From the IMG/VR virus record IMGVR_UViG_3300035498_000944: a DNA stretch of 59,558 nucleotides. One strand, written 5' to 3'. Positions within the stretch are counted from its first letter, which is position 1. Each line of letters begins with the position of its first letter. This stretch comes from a virus (taxonomy: Duplodnaviria; Heunggongvirae; Uroviricota; Caudoviricetes). The position numbers were made by a program, and so were the translations under genes. Positions 8,480-18,359 of this stretch are shown here, piece after piece. The notes under the pieces were generated by a model, which saw only the letters and a program-made list of their open reading frames with translations, did not search any database and was not told the origin of the DNA.

Positions 8480-9841
8480 TTATTCTTCTGCTATGTTTCT
8501 AAATAATTTTATGTAAGGAACTGAAAAATAACTATCAGGTCGTTTATTCTTCAATTTTTTCTTTGTGTGTATCTCATTGATAGAAAAGTAATCATCTACA
8601 ACACAGGTAATAAATGTACTATTATAAATTGTTGAATCGTCAATAATACATTGAGTTAATTTAGAGTTACCAAATACTTTTGAATTACTGAGTAGAGTAG
8701 TTCTAACTAATTTAGCATCACCGAATACTTGACAACCTCTGCAAACTTTAGAATATACATCTACACGACAATCACCCTCTTGAGATAAGCATGAGTAGTC
8801 AAATATGTAACCACCTAGAGTTCCATCAATATATTTTATTCTATGTAATCTTTGACCATTGTAAACTAGAGTATCATTCCTACTCAACACATATTTGTTT
8901 CTAGGTTCTGATATAACAGACTGTCTACAATTTAAAATTACACCATCATAAATTTTATTAGTATATTCATTACCGTAAACATCAGCATTTAAAACCTTAT
9001 TAGTAAATCTATCCGATACACAGCATACTCTACTATCTTTAATACTAGCACACTCTATTCCAGGACAATCCTCAATTGTAGAATTAATTATTGTAGAACT
9101 ATCAATGGTAGAATTTCTTATAGTAGAATTTATAATAGTTGATACATAACTTATTTTAGCATTAGCATCTAGATGACTGTGTATGATGTAACCACCATTA
9201 ATAACACTAGGATTATGTCTATCCATACTGGAATCTTTAGTCATCACAGCACCTTTAAAGGGCTCTAGACTATCACTTATAGAAGCATACTTCTTATCTA
9301 ATAAAGTGTAGTGTATAGGATAGAGCACAGTGCCCATGTATGGAGTTCCTTCAAATAAATTGAGGAAGTATCCTTTAAAATTCTGATACGTGAAGTCAAG
9401 CATCTCAGCTGTAGGATCCTTTATATTTACTATATTATCTTTACTGCGCAATAAAGATAATTTACATAACTTCTCACTAGGATCATCTATCTCAGAAATT
9501 ATAAATGGGTGATTCACCAACAGTCTTTTTAACCTTACATCATCATCTGTTTTAAAATCTGATAAATCTACTTCAATATCTGCAGGATTTAAAGTGTTGT
9601 ATCTATTATAAATATCTATCAAATACTCTATACAATCATCATCTGACATATCTTCTTGAAAGTCGGTATTTAAATAATTGCACCACTGCTTAACCACTCT
9701 AGCATAATCGGGTTTTAAATTAACCATATTATGAGCTAACTTTCCGGCATACAGGTTTATGAAGGCCCTAGGGTATAGTGCTTCACAAACTACATATTGA
9801 CGTATTTCAGTTTTTAACATCTTCCCACTTTCCTTCTTCAT
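8480..9841 (-). CDS. Hypothetical protein with C-terminal phage-type beta-helix-like repeats (real start may be 9820)
   Basis: LHRIKY..GTLGGYI....LSQEGDCRV followed by VFGDAKL/VFGNSKL repeats resembles a common phage beta-helix module; STIINSTI repeats in the middle. Confidence 0.6.
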   Translation of the reverse strand: MKKESGKMLKTEIRQYVVCEALYPRAFINLYAGKLAHNMVNLKPDYARVVKQWCNYLNTDFQEDMSDDDCIEYLIDIYNRYNTLNPADIEVDLSDFKTDDDVRLKRLLVNHPFIISEIDDPSEKLCKLSLLRSKDNIVNIKDPTAEMLDFTYQNFKGYFLNLFEGTPYMGTVLYPIHYTLLDKKYASISDSLEPFKGAVMTKDSSMDRHNPSVINGGYIIHSHLDANAKISYVSTIINSTIRNSTIDSSTIINSTIEDCPGIECASIKDSRVCCVSDRFTNKVLNADVYGNEYTNKIYDGVILNCRQSVISEPRNKYVLSRNDTLVYNGQRLHRIKYIDGTLGGYIFDYSCLSQEGDCRVDVYSKVCRGCQVFGDAKLVRTTLLSNSKVFGNSKLTQCIIDDSTIYNSTFITCVVDDYFSINEIHTKKKLKNKRPDSYFSVPYIKLFRNIAEE

Positions 9842-11198
9842 GGTTCCACTTTTTGTTGCTGGTACGATTACCAGCTGTTACATTTAAGGCAGTTACACTT
9901 AACCATAATATGAAAATAAAAACATTTGGTTTGGAGTCTTTAATGTCTTTAGGAATATTTTTAAACTTCTCTGTATCACCAATGTTACCAACTACTTGAA
10001 CAAGTATATCTTTCATTTCGACATCATAAAGCATGAGAAGCTTTGAAAGTTTAGCCACAGCCTTATTATATTTACTGTCAGATTCACGTGCATAAATATC
10101 CAAAGAACACATTATTATTGAGCGTAAGGTTTCACGTGTCTTAAACTCATAATAATTCTGTTCCTGTTTTATAACTTCTGGTGCATGTTCACAAACATTA
10201 AATTTGTTAGAGACAGCAGCTCTCCACATGTTCAATATAGTCTTGTCAACATCGAAACTTAGAATAAGTTTATTATTCTTAGCACATTCTTCTAGTACAG
10301 CTGTAGCTCCTTTTGTACGCATAGGATATGCAGCAGCCATACGGATGAGTATATCATCATCAAGAAGTTCATAAGCTCTAAGTTTAGGATTAAGAACCTC
10401 TTTAAGATTCTCATCAGAAAGGAATACTGCAAGTTCTACCATTCTAATATCTCTAAACCTTGGAGGTACTTTCTCAAAAGTAATCTTCTTTAAGGAAAGT
10501 TCCCTTGCATAATAATCTCTATCGTGGTAAATACGAGATTTCTTAACTTTAGATTTCTTATATTTATATGGTGTCTTTTGAGTTTTACCCATCTGAAGCT
10601 TGAGATTAAAATAAACTTTACCCTCATAGTAGTAGTTATATTCTCTAGATGCTAAGATAATGTCTTTGAATATATTACGCACTCTATAAGATAATTGCTT
10701 ATAAGACATAAGCTCACGAATAGATGTAGGTACATCACCAAATGTGATACTCTCATTTGTCTTACCACCAAGCATTCTCACAACGATAGTATCACCATTG
10801 TATGGGTTTGTAATCTCAATATTATAATCATCAATGTCTTTTACTGATTCACGCAGAATATCAACAATATCACTAATAGGTGTATCTGGAGAATACCACC
10901 ATCCACGATAATTGTTTGGATCCCTCTGTGGTTTAGGCTTTTGTTTAGTAACTTTAATTCCTGCAGCACGACAGAATGATATAATATCTATATCAGACAT
11001 TACATCAAATTTCTCAGCGTCTCTGATCTTAACAGAACATTCCTCATATATTGTGTTGAGGAGCTTCATATTTTCTTCAGCTTCTACCAATTTTTCAGGA
11101 TTTTGCATATAGCTATCTGGATGCCACTGCTTACTGTAAGTCCTGTATTTGTCACGTAACTCTTTCATAGTCGTGCACAAATATAAATCGTCAAACAT
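9807..11198 (-). CDS. J-domain (DnaJ-type) protein
   Basis: N-terminal ELRDKYRTYSKQWHPD...AEENMKLLNTIYE with the HPD motif; remainder unrecognised. Confidence 0.8.
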   Translation of the reverse strand: MFDDLYLCTTMKELRDKYRTYSKQWHPDSYMQNPEKLVEAEENMKLLNTIYEECSVKIRDAEKFDVMSDIDIISFCRAAGIKVTKQKPKPQRDPNNYRGWWYSPDTPISDIVDILRESVKDIDDYNIEITNPYNGDTIVVRMLGGKTNESITFGDVPTSIRELMSYKQLSYRVRNIFKDIILASREYNYYYEGKVYFNLKLQMGKTQKTPYKYKKSKVKKSRIYHDRDYYARELSLKKITFEKVPPRFRDIRMVELAVFLSDENLKEVLNPKLRAYELLDDDILIRMAAAYPMRTKGATAVLEECAKNNKLILSFDVDKTILNMWRAAVSNKFNVCEHAPEVIKQEQNYYEFKTRETLRSIIMCSLDIYARESDSKYNKAVAKLSKLLMLYDVEMKDILVQVVGNIGDTEKFKNIPKDIKDSKPNVFIFILWLSVTALNVTAGNRTSNKKWNHEEGKWEDVKN

Positions 11199-11218
11199 TT
11201 TGTACTTCCTCCTTTTAT

Positions 11219-12286
11219 TTACTGATCTAAAGAATCTACCTTATATTGAATGCAATTCAGTAATATGGTTGCCATTTCAGCTCTAGAGAGATTTGACTTA
11301 GGATGAAAATTATTTTCTGTATCACCTGTCATCAAGCCTAGATCTTTTAAAGTATGAATCTCTGATTGATAATATGATGTATATGTGTCATAGAAATCTG
11401 ATGTGTTAAATGTAGGAGATGTTCGCTCAAATCCATACATTTGATATATGATATGAGCAACTTCTTCACGAGTAACTTTTTGAGTCACATCCACCATATT
11501 TACATCAAATCCTAATATATCGCCATATAACCAACTAACAGCATCAGCACACCATGCATTACTACCTTCATAATAGAAAACTGTTTGCACTTCTGGATTA
11601 TTGTTATACCTATACAAGATATACGCTAGCTCAGCTCGTGTTAATGACTTGTTTGGTCTAAATTCATATTTAGTCAAACCTATCATTAAATTTCTTGAAT
11701 ACACATCTAATATGTTATCAGTATACCAAGCGTTACTGATATCTACTAGAGGACATGATACTGTCTTAGGATAATAATCTAAATTGTAATTACCAAATAC
11801 TCTAAATCCGTAATCCTCTCTGGTAAATATAGAGGCTGCATACTCACGTCCGTCAGCACCTGTATATGCAGGAACAATTAAAGGATTGTTAGAATCAGCA
11901 TACTCAAATTTAATAATATCATTAGCAACAGTATTGTCATTAGATGTGATTATTAAGTTATATGGACCACCTCTAGAAGTTATGGTTCCATCAACATTCA
12001 TACCATCTGGCGGGTCAGTAACAAAGTTAACAGCAAATTCAAATAATTGATCTTTATATCTAACCTGTATTATTTGTCTACCAACCTTATCCTTATCATA
12101 AGCACCTACCATATCTTCTGTAACATAAACAATCTTACCTTCATCGCTTATGTACATATTGTCAAAATCTATTTCAGTTCCAACAGGAAACTCGTTAGAA
12201 TAATAAGTTGTAACTAATTCAGCTGCACTTACTGAAGCAGTGCTTATACTTAAGAATGCAAATATACTTATTAATAATTTTTTCAT
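11219..12286 (-). CDS. Secreted S-layer homology (SLH) protein with an Ig-like domain
   Basis: Signal peptide; Big_3-like YDKDKVGRQIIQVRY; three SLH repeats (FRPNKSLTRAELA, VTREEVA, FHPKSNLSRAEMA). Confidence 0.88.
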   Translation of the reverse strand: MKKLLISIFAFLSISTASVSAAELVTTYYSNEFPVGTEIDFDNMYISDEGKIVYVTEDMVGAYDKDKVGRQIIQVRYKDQLFEFAVNFVTDPPDGMNVDGTITSRGGPYNLIITSNDNTVANDIIKFEYADSNNPLIVPAYTGADGREYAASIFTREDYGFRVFGNYNLDYYPKTVSCPLVDISNAWYTDNILDVYSRNLMIGLTKYEFRPNKSLTRAELAYILYRYNNNPEVQTVFYYEGSNAWCADAVSWLYGDILGFDVNMVDVTQKVTREEVAHIIYQMYGFERTSPTFNTSDFYDTYTSYYQSEIHTLKDLGLMTGDTENNFHPKSNLSRAEMATILLNCIQYKVDSLDQ

Positions 12287-13164
12287 AATCTTTTTCCTAT
12301 AAGGTCAACACCAGGCAGACGCTCAAATATTTTATCACCTGCAGCATCGATATGCTCAATAACATAAACATTAGGTATAAGTTCATTTAATAAACCATTA
12401 AGTGATGAATACATATATTTTAAATCTACATAATATTTATTACTTATTGATTTATGTATAGTTATAATCTTAAAAATCTTTTCGCTCAGATCATATATCA
12501 AGAGAGTATCGCCAACCTGAGCACCAGTTAAAGTATACTTCTTAAAATTATTACATTTGAAATATTTTAGGTTTCCTTCAGATCCTTGTATATATAACAC
12601 CTTTCCTGCAGCAACTCTTTTAAGAACAGAATTTACTTCACTTATAGACATAATTGTCTGGGAATCATTTTTAGAATAATATACTGTATCCCCTACTCTA
12701 ACATTCTTTGGCTTACACCAATCTCTATCATTATTACGCTCAGTTGTCGAGAAACAGAACTTAGCAATCTTAGTAGGTGTGTTATACTCACAAGGTGATT
12801 TACTGGAAAGAACTTTATATTTATAAAGCATACCTGTTAAATCGACACAAATAAGAATATCATTTTCCTCTATTATGGAAGCTCTTGGAACATAAACATA
12901 TTCAGCTTGTCCGGAGAAATCATCCACAGCCTTAACAGCCATAAGATATGATGTACGCTTTATATCATTTGCAATATCGTCATTTAGATATGAGTAAACA
13001 ACCTCATTACCAATTAGATTAGGATACTGAGTATTAAGTTCCTGTGAAACACTTCCTATAAGAATATCATTATCAGAAGTTTTTACAGCCACCTGCTGAC
13101 CTATGTGCAAACGCTCAGAAGATAAAGCTGAAATTCTGCTATTACATTTTATTTCATAAAGCAT
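12283..13164 (-). CDS. Hypothetical protein
   Basis: 293-aa ORF abutting both neighbours. Confidence 0.7.
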   Translation of the reverse strand: MLYEIKCNSRISALSSERLHIGQQVAVKTSDNDILIGSVSQELNTQYPNLIGNEVVYSYLNDDIANDIKRTSYLMAVKAVDDFSGQAEYVYVPRASIIEENDILICVDLTGMLYKYKVLSSKSPCEYNTPTKIAKFCFSTTERNNDRDWCKPKNVRVGDTVYYSKNDSQTIMSISEVNSVLKRVAAGKVLYIQGSEGNLKYFKCNNFKKYTLTGAQVGDTLLIYDLSEKIFKIITIHKSISNKYYVDLKYMYSSLNGLLNELIPNVYVIEHIDAAGDKIFERLPGVDLIGKRL

Positions 13165-13620
13165 TTATTTGCCTCCCTTACTATAAGATATGTTTACAGT
13201 CTGTGTACTGTTATCATAAGAAAGAGAGTATAATTTATTTTCCTCATCACGCATAGATTCAACGAATGCTCTAAGCGGAATGTAAGGAACTGTATTATTT
13301 ATATAATCAGATCTAGCATCTGAAGCATAACAGAGCAAACCATCTTCATATACAGGAACTTCTTTTATCTTATTAGAGTATACATGGTAACCATTCTTAT
13401 AAATAACTTCGTGAGAAATTGCATTATAGGTAACTTCACCACCAGGTATCTTACCCAATGCAGAATAGTTTATTAGTAGTCGCCCATTTCTATTTACAAC
13501 ATCAGAACCTTGAGCGATAACTGTATTGCCAAACTTTATTGTATAGTTATAGGCATATGTTGGCAAGGACATACCTATAATTGTTGCAGTAGCAATTATT
13601 ATTGAAATGAGCTTTTTCAT
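13165..13620 (-). CDS. Secreted copper-amine-oxidase N-terminal (stalk)-like protein
   Basis: Signal peptide; GRLLINY..LG...GGEVTYN and PYIPLRAFVE....SYDNSTQTVNI. Confidence 0.7.
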   Translation of the reverse strand: MKKLISIIIATATIIGMSLPTYAYNYTIKFGNTVIAQGSDVVNRNGRLLINYSALGKIPGGEVTYNAISHEVIYKNGYHVYSNKIKEVPVYEDGLLCYASDARSDYINNTVPYIPLRAFVESMRDEENKLYSLSYDNSTQTVNISYSKGGK

Positions 13621-13649
13621 TATTAAACCTCCTTAATGAAAATTAATTA

Positions 13650-13713
13650 CAATATATTACGTATGAATCCGAAGGTAATATACTGTAAGAGATGGGATAA
13701 ACTTATCCCATCT
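13650..13713 (-). terminator. Twin hairpins closing the pilin cluster
   Basis: Plus strand AGATGGGATAA-AC-TTATCCCATCT (13690-13713, overlaps the stop of 13703) and CAATATATTAC-N14-GTAATATACTG (13650-13685). Confidence 0.55.
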
Positions 13714-15004
13714 GATATATCGTTGAATCTGGATGATAACCTTTTCTAGCAGCTTCCTGTCTACTAGCTAATGTTATACATTTTGTATATGTTCCAGTAG
13801 CAGGTTTTGTATAACCGTAATATTTGCTGTCATCATCTTTAGTGTAACAATAAATTGGTTTTGCTACAACTAATTCAGCACTAGATATAGAGTAGTTACT
13901 TAAAGGTCTGCTTGTATGATAAGGATCATAATCCTGTATTAATACAATCAACGTTAAACCTTTTAGTGATACTGCTGAATACTTAGTGTCTTCTTCAAAT
14001 TGTGTAGGAATGAAGAATTCCTTATTATCATAAACATCCTTGGCTTTATTAACAAGATGCTCTGTCGCATTACATATCTGCTCATTTATTTTCTGAGAAT
14101 TATGAATGTAACATCTAACCTTATCTGATGCAGATGTAGCACCTTCTGGATAGAAGTATAATGTACCATCTTCTACAAGTTCGAGACTAGGTATGTAGTT
14201 AAGTCTATCAGCACCTTTATCAATATTAGAGGTGTCTTTGTATTTTATGTAAGCTTCACTACCATTTGCTTTATAAGAATTGTAGTCCATTATGTAAAGA
14301 TTCTTTCCATTTATTTTATCCAATACAACAAATGGATAAGATTCTTTTAACAACTCTTTTCTATCAGGATCAGTCTCACCTTTTATAAGAGTTGTTAAAG
14401 CTTTTACTTTAACAGTAGAATTACCAACAGGTTTTAATTCTTCATCAACCAAATTACGAGCATATGGTATTTTCTGTGACCATGAGTATCCACTTTGACG
14501 TTCCGTATTCTTTATGAAATCTTTATAATAGGAACCTATGGTTGTACTGCCCTTTATATAAGGATCAGTTGTTGAACCTATAGGGAAATACTTAAACTGT
14601 AATTTGTCTTTATCAGAAGAGTCAAGATTATCATAACTTACAAATGTACCATAATAAGGTTCCTTTAAATACATACCATCATTTACTGCTAAGACGGCTG
14701 CAGGTGTAGCAAATTCAAATGCACTTTCTTCAAAGTCACCACCAGTGTTCATACCTGAAAGAAATACTTTCTTATAGATATCCCATACAGATGCTGCGTC
14801 TATTTCACTTTCACCCTCGGCATTAATCTGACCATTTGCTCTAGCTACTTGCATAGCAGCATCATTGGCATGGTTCATCATAGCAGACATACGAAGCTGA
14901 GCAAACTCATCATATGAATCTCTCTCATAATCAATTAAAAGAATAGAAAGAGATACAAGAATAATCAAAGGATATATAAGTACTAGAGAGAAGAATCTAT
15001 TCAT
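13703..15004 (-). CDS. TadG-like tip/minor pilin
   Basis: N-terminal TM followed by MMNHANDAAMQ helix; last and largest gene of the pilin run. Confidence 0.55.
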   Translation of the reverse strand: MNRFFSLVLIYPLIILVSLSILLIDYERDSYDEFAQLRMSAMMNHANDAAMQVARANGQINAEGESEIDAASVWDIYKKVFLSGMNTGGDFEESAFEFATPAAVLAVNDGMYLKEPYYGTFVSYDNLDSSDKDKLQFKYFPIGSTTDPYIKGSTTIGSYYKDFIKNTERQSGYSWSQKIPYARNLVDEELKPVGNSTVKVKALTTLIKGETDPDRKELLKESYPFVVLDKINGKNLYIMDYNSYKANGSEAYIKYKDTSNIDKGADRLNYIPSLELVEDGTLYFYPEGATSASDKVRCYIHNSQKINEQICNATEHLVNKAKDVYDNKEFFIPTQFEEDTKYSAVSLKGLTLIVLIQDYDPYHTSRPLSNYSISSAELVVAKPIYCYTKDDDSKYYGYTKPATGTYTKCITLASRQEAARKGYHPDSTIYQMG

Positions 15005-15006
15005 AC

Positions 15007-15540
15007 TTATTCACCTCCGTCATTACGCACCATACGAGATGTACAGATTACATGATTAGATGAATCAATACCTGTAACACTTTTAACAACACGTTGTCCT
15101 GAAGACACGTTCAAAGGTGTCATTTCAATCGTCACTATGTCACCAGCTTTGAGTTTTACTGATGTAGCATCTGCAGATATAGAACCAACGTTTCCTTTTG
15201 TGATAGCTGTATCTGTTTCACCATCCCATTTGTATACTACAACATAACCTGATGATGTAGTTGTAGATGAGTCACTTACAGGCTGATAGTCAAGTCTTTC
15301 TACAGTTATAACTGTATTATAGAGGACAGGAACCACAGACATGTTTGTTTGGAAATCATCGAAATCTTCCTGTGTTATGAGTCCTTTATCTGATACTATA
15401 TCTGTATATAATTCAAGATAATTCCAACTCATACGTTCACTTCTTAAATTACTTATAGATACCTCACTAACCAATGGGATACCTATTAACAGAGCAAGGG
15501 CTAAAACAACGCCTATAACTCTTGATATAAACGATACCAT
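15007..15540 (-). CDS. TadE-like minor pilin
   Basis: N-terminal hydrophobic helix; TDIVSDKGLITQEDFDDF segment resembles Clostridial Tad-locus proteins. Confidence 0.55.
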   Translation of the reverse strand: MVSFISRVIGVVLALALLIGIPLVSEVSISNLRSERMSWNYLELYTDIVSDKGLITQEDFDDFQTNMSVVPVLYNTVITVERLDYQPVSDSSTTTSSGYVVVYKWDGETDTAITKGNVGSISADATSVKLKAGDIVTIEMTPLNVSSGQRVVKSVTGIDSSNHVICTSRMVRNDGGE

Positions 15541-15552
15541 TTAAAGACCCCC

Positions 15553-16071
15553 TTAATCAGTTGTGGTATAAAATAATAGAGTACCATCTTCATCAACTAT
15601 ATCAGCACTATAAGAATCTGATACAGGAATATATGAACCATGACCACTATTATCATATCCTAAGTTCTCCCAAAGATCCTCAGAATAAGTAGATAACCAA
15701 GGTACTCTTCTAGAATTTAAATTTATGTTGCCAGTAGTTCCTACAGCTTTAGAATATCTGAAACTGAATTGCTTTAATTTAGCAGAGGAATCTACAACAC
15801 CATCATTCTGCGTTTCAGAATAAACATTTACTACTTTGTCTGCAGGATTCACTAAACCCATGCAAGCTATTTGATATCTGTTAAAGGATTCTATAACATC
15901 ACCTTCTGCATAGGCATCAGATTTTACACTAGACTTTTCAGTTAGTATTCCAAATCCTAAAGATGGATCATTCAGCAACTTAACATAAGTAGCATAGACA
16001 AATGATAAACAAGATACTATTACTATCAAAGTTATCATAACATCCAATACTGAATCAACTGTACTTCTCAT
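15553..16071 (-). CDS. Pilin-like protein
   Basis: Short leader plus TM helix; 172 aa; in tandem pilin run. Confidence 0.5.
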   Translation of the reverse strand: MRSTVDSVLDVMITLIVIVSCLSFVYATYVKLLNDPSLGFGILTEKSSVKSDAYAEGDVIESFNRYQIACMGLVNPADKVVNVYSETQNDGVVDSSAKLKQFSFRYSKAVGTTGNINLNSRRVPWLSTYSEDLWENLGYDNSGHGSYIPVSDSYSADIVDEDGTLLFYTTTD

Positions 16072-16505
16072 GAAACTTCCCCCTTATCAACCAATATCAA
16101 AACATCCTCAGCATTACCTGCAGTTTCGGCTGGTACATACATCAATGAGTAATTATGATTTGTATATAGACTATTAGGATCAGTTTTCTTATTTATAGGT
16201 ATACTTGTAGAAACAGTATAGTAAGTTGGATGAGCAGGTAAAGCGGCTGTTGTATTAACACATACAAAAACTTTGGAACAATATGTACGAGCAACATTAA
16301 TAGCCTGTACACCATAATAATTTTCTTTCTGTGTTAGCTCTTCCAATTCACTAGAATAATTTGGATAAGAAGCTTCTATCTTAGCATCCGCCTTATCTGC
16401 TATAAATTGTCCAGTCACCATCTGATATACACCTATGGAAATTACGACACATGTTATAAGTATAGAAATTGCTACGGCCATTCCTTCATACCATTCACCA
16501 TTCAT
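16068..16505 (-). CDS. Pilin-like protein
   Basis: MNGEWYEGMAVAISILITCVVISIG N-terminus resembles the paralogs; YYGVQAI aligns with VSGQKVI. Confidence 0.55.
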   Translation of the reverse strand: MNGEWYEGMAVAISILITCVVISIGVYQMVTGQFIADKADAKIEASYPNYSSELEELTQKENYYGVQAINVARTYCSKVFVCVNTTAALPAHPTYYTVSTSIPINKKTDPNSLYTNHNYSLMYVPAETAGNAEDVLILVDKGEVS

Positions 16506-16523
16506 TTACAGCACCTCCTATAC

Positions 16524-16955
16524 TTAACTATTCTTTACAACACTTACACCATTTATTTCACCATTCTCATCGACAATAAGAGACGCTGAATAAGTGGTGT
16601 TATAAGAGATGTTCAATTTAGAACGCACATTAGCTGCATTATCATAACCAGCTTTCAAACTCTTTATAACTGTAGGAGTTCCTGTACCAGTACTATAAGT
16701 TACATAGAAATAGTCTTCCTCATAGGGAACTTCTGATAAGACAAGCGATATAACTTCATAGTCAGATAATGTAGTGTTGTCATATTTATTATATTTTACA
16801 TACATTTCTTGTAGCTGTTGATTCTCCACCTCATCATTATGAACATTAACAACACCCTTATAAAGATTCAATTGTGTTATAAATATTGCAATAATGAGAC
16901 TAGCGGCAATTACTTCAATAGCTATCATAATAGCATCATTTACACTATTTTGCAT
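16524..16955 (-). CDS. Pilin-like protein
   Basis: TM helix plus YNKYDNTTLSDYEVI, paralogous to YAEYDGTKVSGQKVI. Confidence 0.6.
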   Translation of the reverse strand: MQNSVNDAIMIAIEVIAASLIIAIFITQLNLYKGVVNVHNDEVENQQLQEMYVKYNKYDNTTLSDYEVISLVLSEVPYEEDYFYVTYSTGTGTPTVIKSLKAGYDNAANVRSKLNISYNTTYSASLIVDENGEINGVSVVKNS

Positions 16956-16973
16956 AATATAAGCACTTCCTCA

Positions 16974-17510
16974 TTAACTTTGATTGTTAGGTATTTGTTT
17001 AAAATAAATAGCTATTATTGTTCCATTTGCATCATGGATAAGTTTAGCTTCAAATTTACCTGCAGGATTTACATAGGTTGCAGTATTCTTTATGTCCACA
17101 GTAAGGTCTTTGCTAGTAATCAAGTTTTCATTATTAGCAGGTGTTAAAACAAATCTAGCATCTGCAATTTCTGAATCTGCAATTATTTTATCAATATTAG
17201 CACCATAGGATCTCTGAATAGATCTTGTATAAATATGAGCTTCTGTAGTATCCAAAGGTGAAATAAGAACAGCCGTATCTGTTCTTGAAAACTGTTGTAT
17301 TGCACCTATAACTTTTTGCCCTGATACTGTTGTACCATCGTATGCTCTATAATAATCATTTTGTACTTTAGTCATGGTAGCATATAAACGTTCTTCTTCT
17401 TTTTCAGAGCTACTATTTACTATAAACACGATACCCATAACCATACTAATGACAATACAACATACTATTACAACGATACCATTTTTAGCAGCATCACTCC
17501 AATTAGTCAT
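16974..17510 (-). CDS. Pilin-like protein, closest paralog of 17694..18209
   Basis: MTNWSDAAKN vs MTDWSDGIKN; YDGTTVSGQKVIGAIQQF vs YDGTKVSGQKVIAAVQQY; FEAKLIHDANG vs FKATLIRDTNE. Confidence 0.65.
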   Translation of the reverse strand: MTNWSDAAKNGIVVIVCCIVISMVMGIVFIVNSSSEKEEERLYATMTKVQNDYYRAYDGTTVSGQKVIGAIQQFSRTDTAVLISPLDTTEAHIYTRSIQRSYGANIDKIIADSEIADARFVLTPANNENLITSKDLTVDIKNTATYVNPAGKFEAKLIHDANGTIIAIYFKQIPNNQS

Positions 17511-17625
17511 AAAACCACCATCTTAAAAATACTTGTAATAGATTAACCAAATATAGTTTCTGTAGATAAAGTAATCTTTTCTATATCACAAATTCAACTT
17601 CTCTTTATTACTTTATCGACAAATA

Positions 17626-17649
17626 GGAGGGTTCACTTAAGAACCCTCC
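17626..17649 (-). terminator. Perfect 9-bp hairpin with TTAAGT loop after the probable major pilin
   Basis: Minus strand GGAGGGTTC-TTAAGT-GAACCCTCC then TATTTGT. Confidence 0.7.
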
Positions 17650-17693
17650 ATTGAGTTTATTTACAACACGATATATAAATCAGTTATTTGTTA

Positions 17694-18209
17694 TCAGCTC
17701 TTACCTGAAGAAGCTACAAGTGTACCATCGTTGTTGTACTGAACAAAATCAATACCAACAACCTGCTCATTTGTATCACGGATAAGTGTAGCCTTGAATT
17801 GAGCATTAGGTCTTACATATGTTACCTTTGTCTTATCTGTAATGTCTGCCATTGTACCATCAGCAGATTTACCTGTAAGGTCATTCTTTGAATCTGTACC
17901 AGTTGTTGTAGTTGTAAGCTGTGCACAGTAGTTCTTGCCACCTGTGTCTCTAGCAGTAGCAATGATAACACCAGTTTCTGTACCCTGATACTGCTGTACA
18001 GCTGCGATTACCTTCTGACCTGAAACCTTTGTACCATCATATTCAGCATAGGACTTTTCGTCGAGTGAGGATACCTGAGCACTAAGCTTGTCCTGACCAT
18101 CCTGGTTAGCCTGCATAGCCATGTAGACGAAACCGAAAATAATACCTACGATAACAACAATAATAATAACTGTAATGGCGTTCTTGATACCATCTGACCA
18201 ATCTGTCAT
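17694..18209 (-). CDS. Probable major pilin of the Tad-like pilus
   Basis: First of the paralog run, with its own structured leader and 3-prime hairpin; N-terminal hydrophobic helix then small globular domain. Confidence 0.6.
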   Translation of the reverse strand: MTDWSDGIKNAITVIIIVVIVGIIFGFVYMAMQANQDGQDKLSAQVSSLDEKSYAEYDGTKVSGQKVIAAVQQYQGTETGVIIATARDTGGKNYCAQLTTTTTGTDSKNDLTGKSADGTMADITDKTKVTYVRPNAQFKATLIRDTNEQVVGIDFVQYNNDGTLVASSGKS

Positions 18210-18260
18210 AATACATCCACTCCTTAGAATTTTAATTTTGTTTTTGCAGTAAGTTTATGT

Positions 18261-18334
18261 TACTAAGATCTTGCGATAAGAACTACACATCCTAAGCTCA
18301 AATCTTAGTATTCTTTTCTCGAGTAAAGAATACT
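18261..18334 (-). promoter_or_regulatory. Structured leader: two overlapping inverted repeats
   Basis: Plus strand AGTATTCTTT(18307-18316)/AAAGAATACT(18325-18334) and TACTAAGAT(18261-18269)/ATCTTAGTA(18302-18310) share 4 nt. Confidence 0.5.
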
Positions 18335-18359
18335 TCTAAAGAGACATACTGTACTATAA

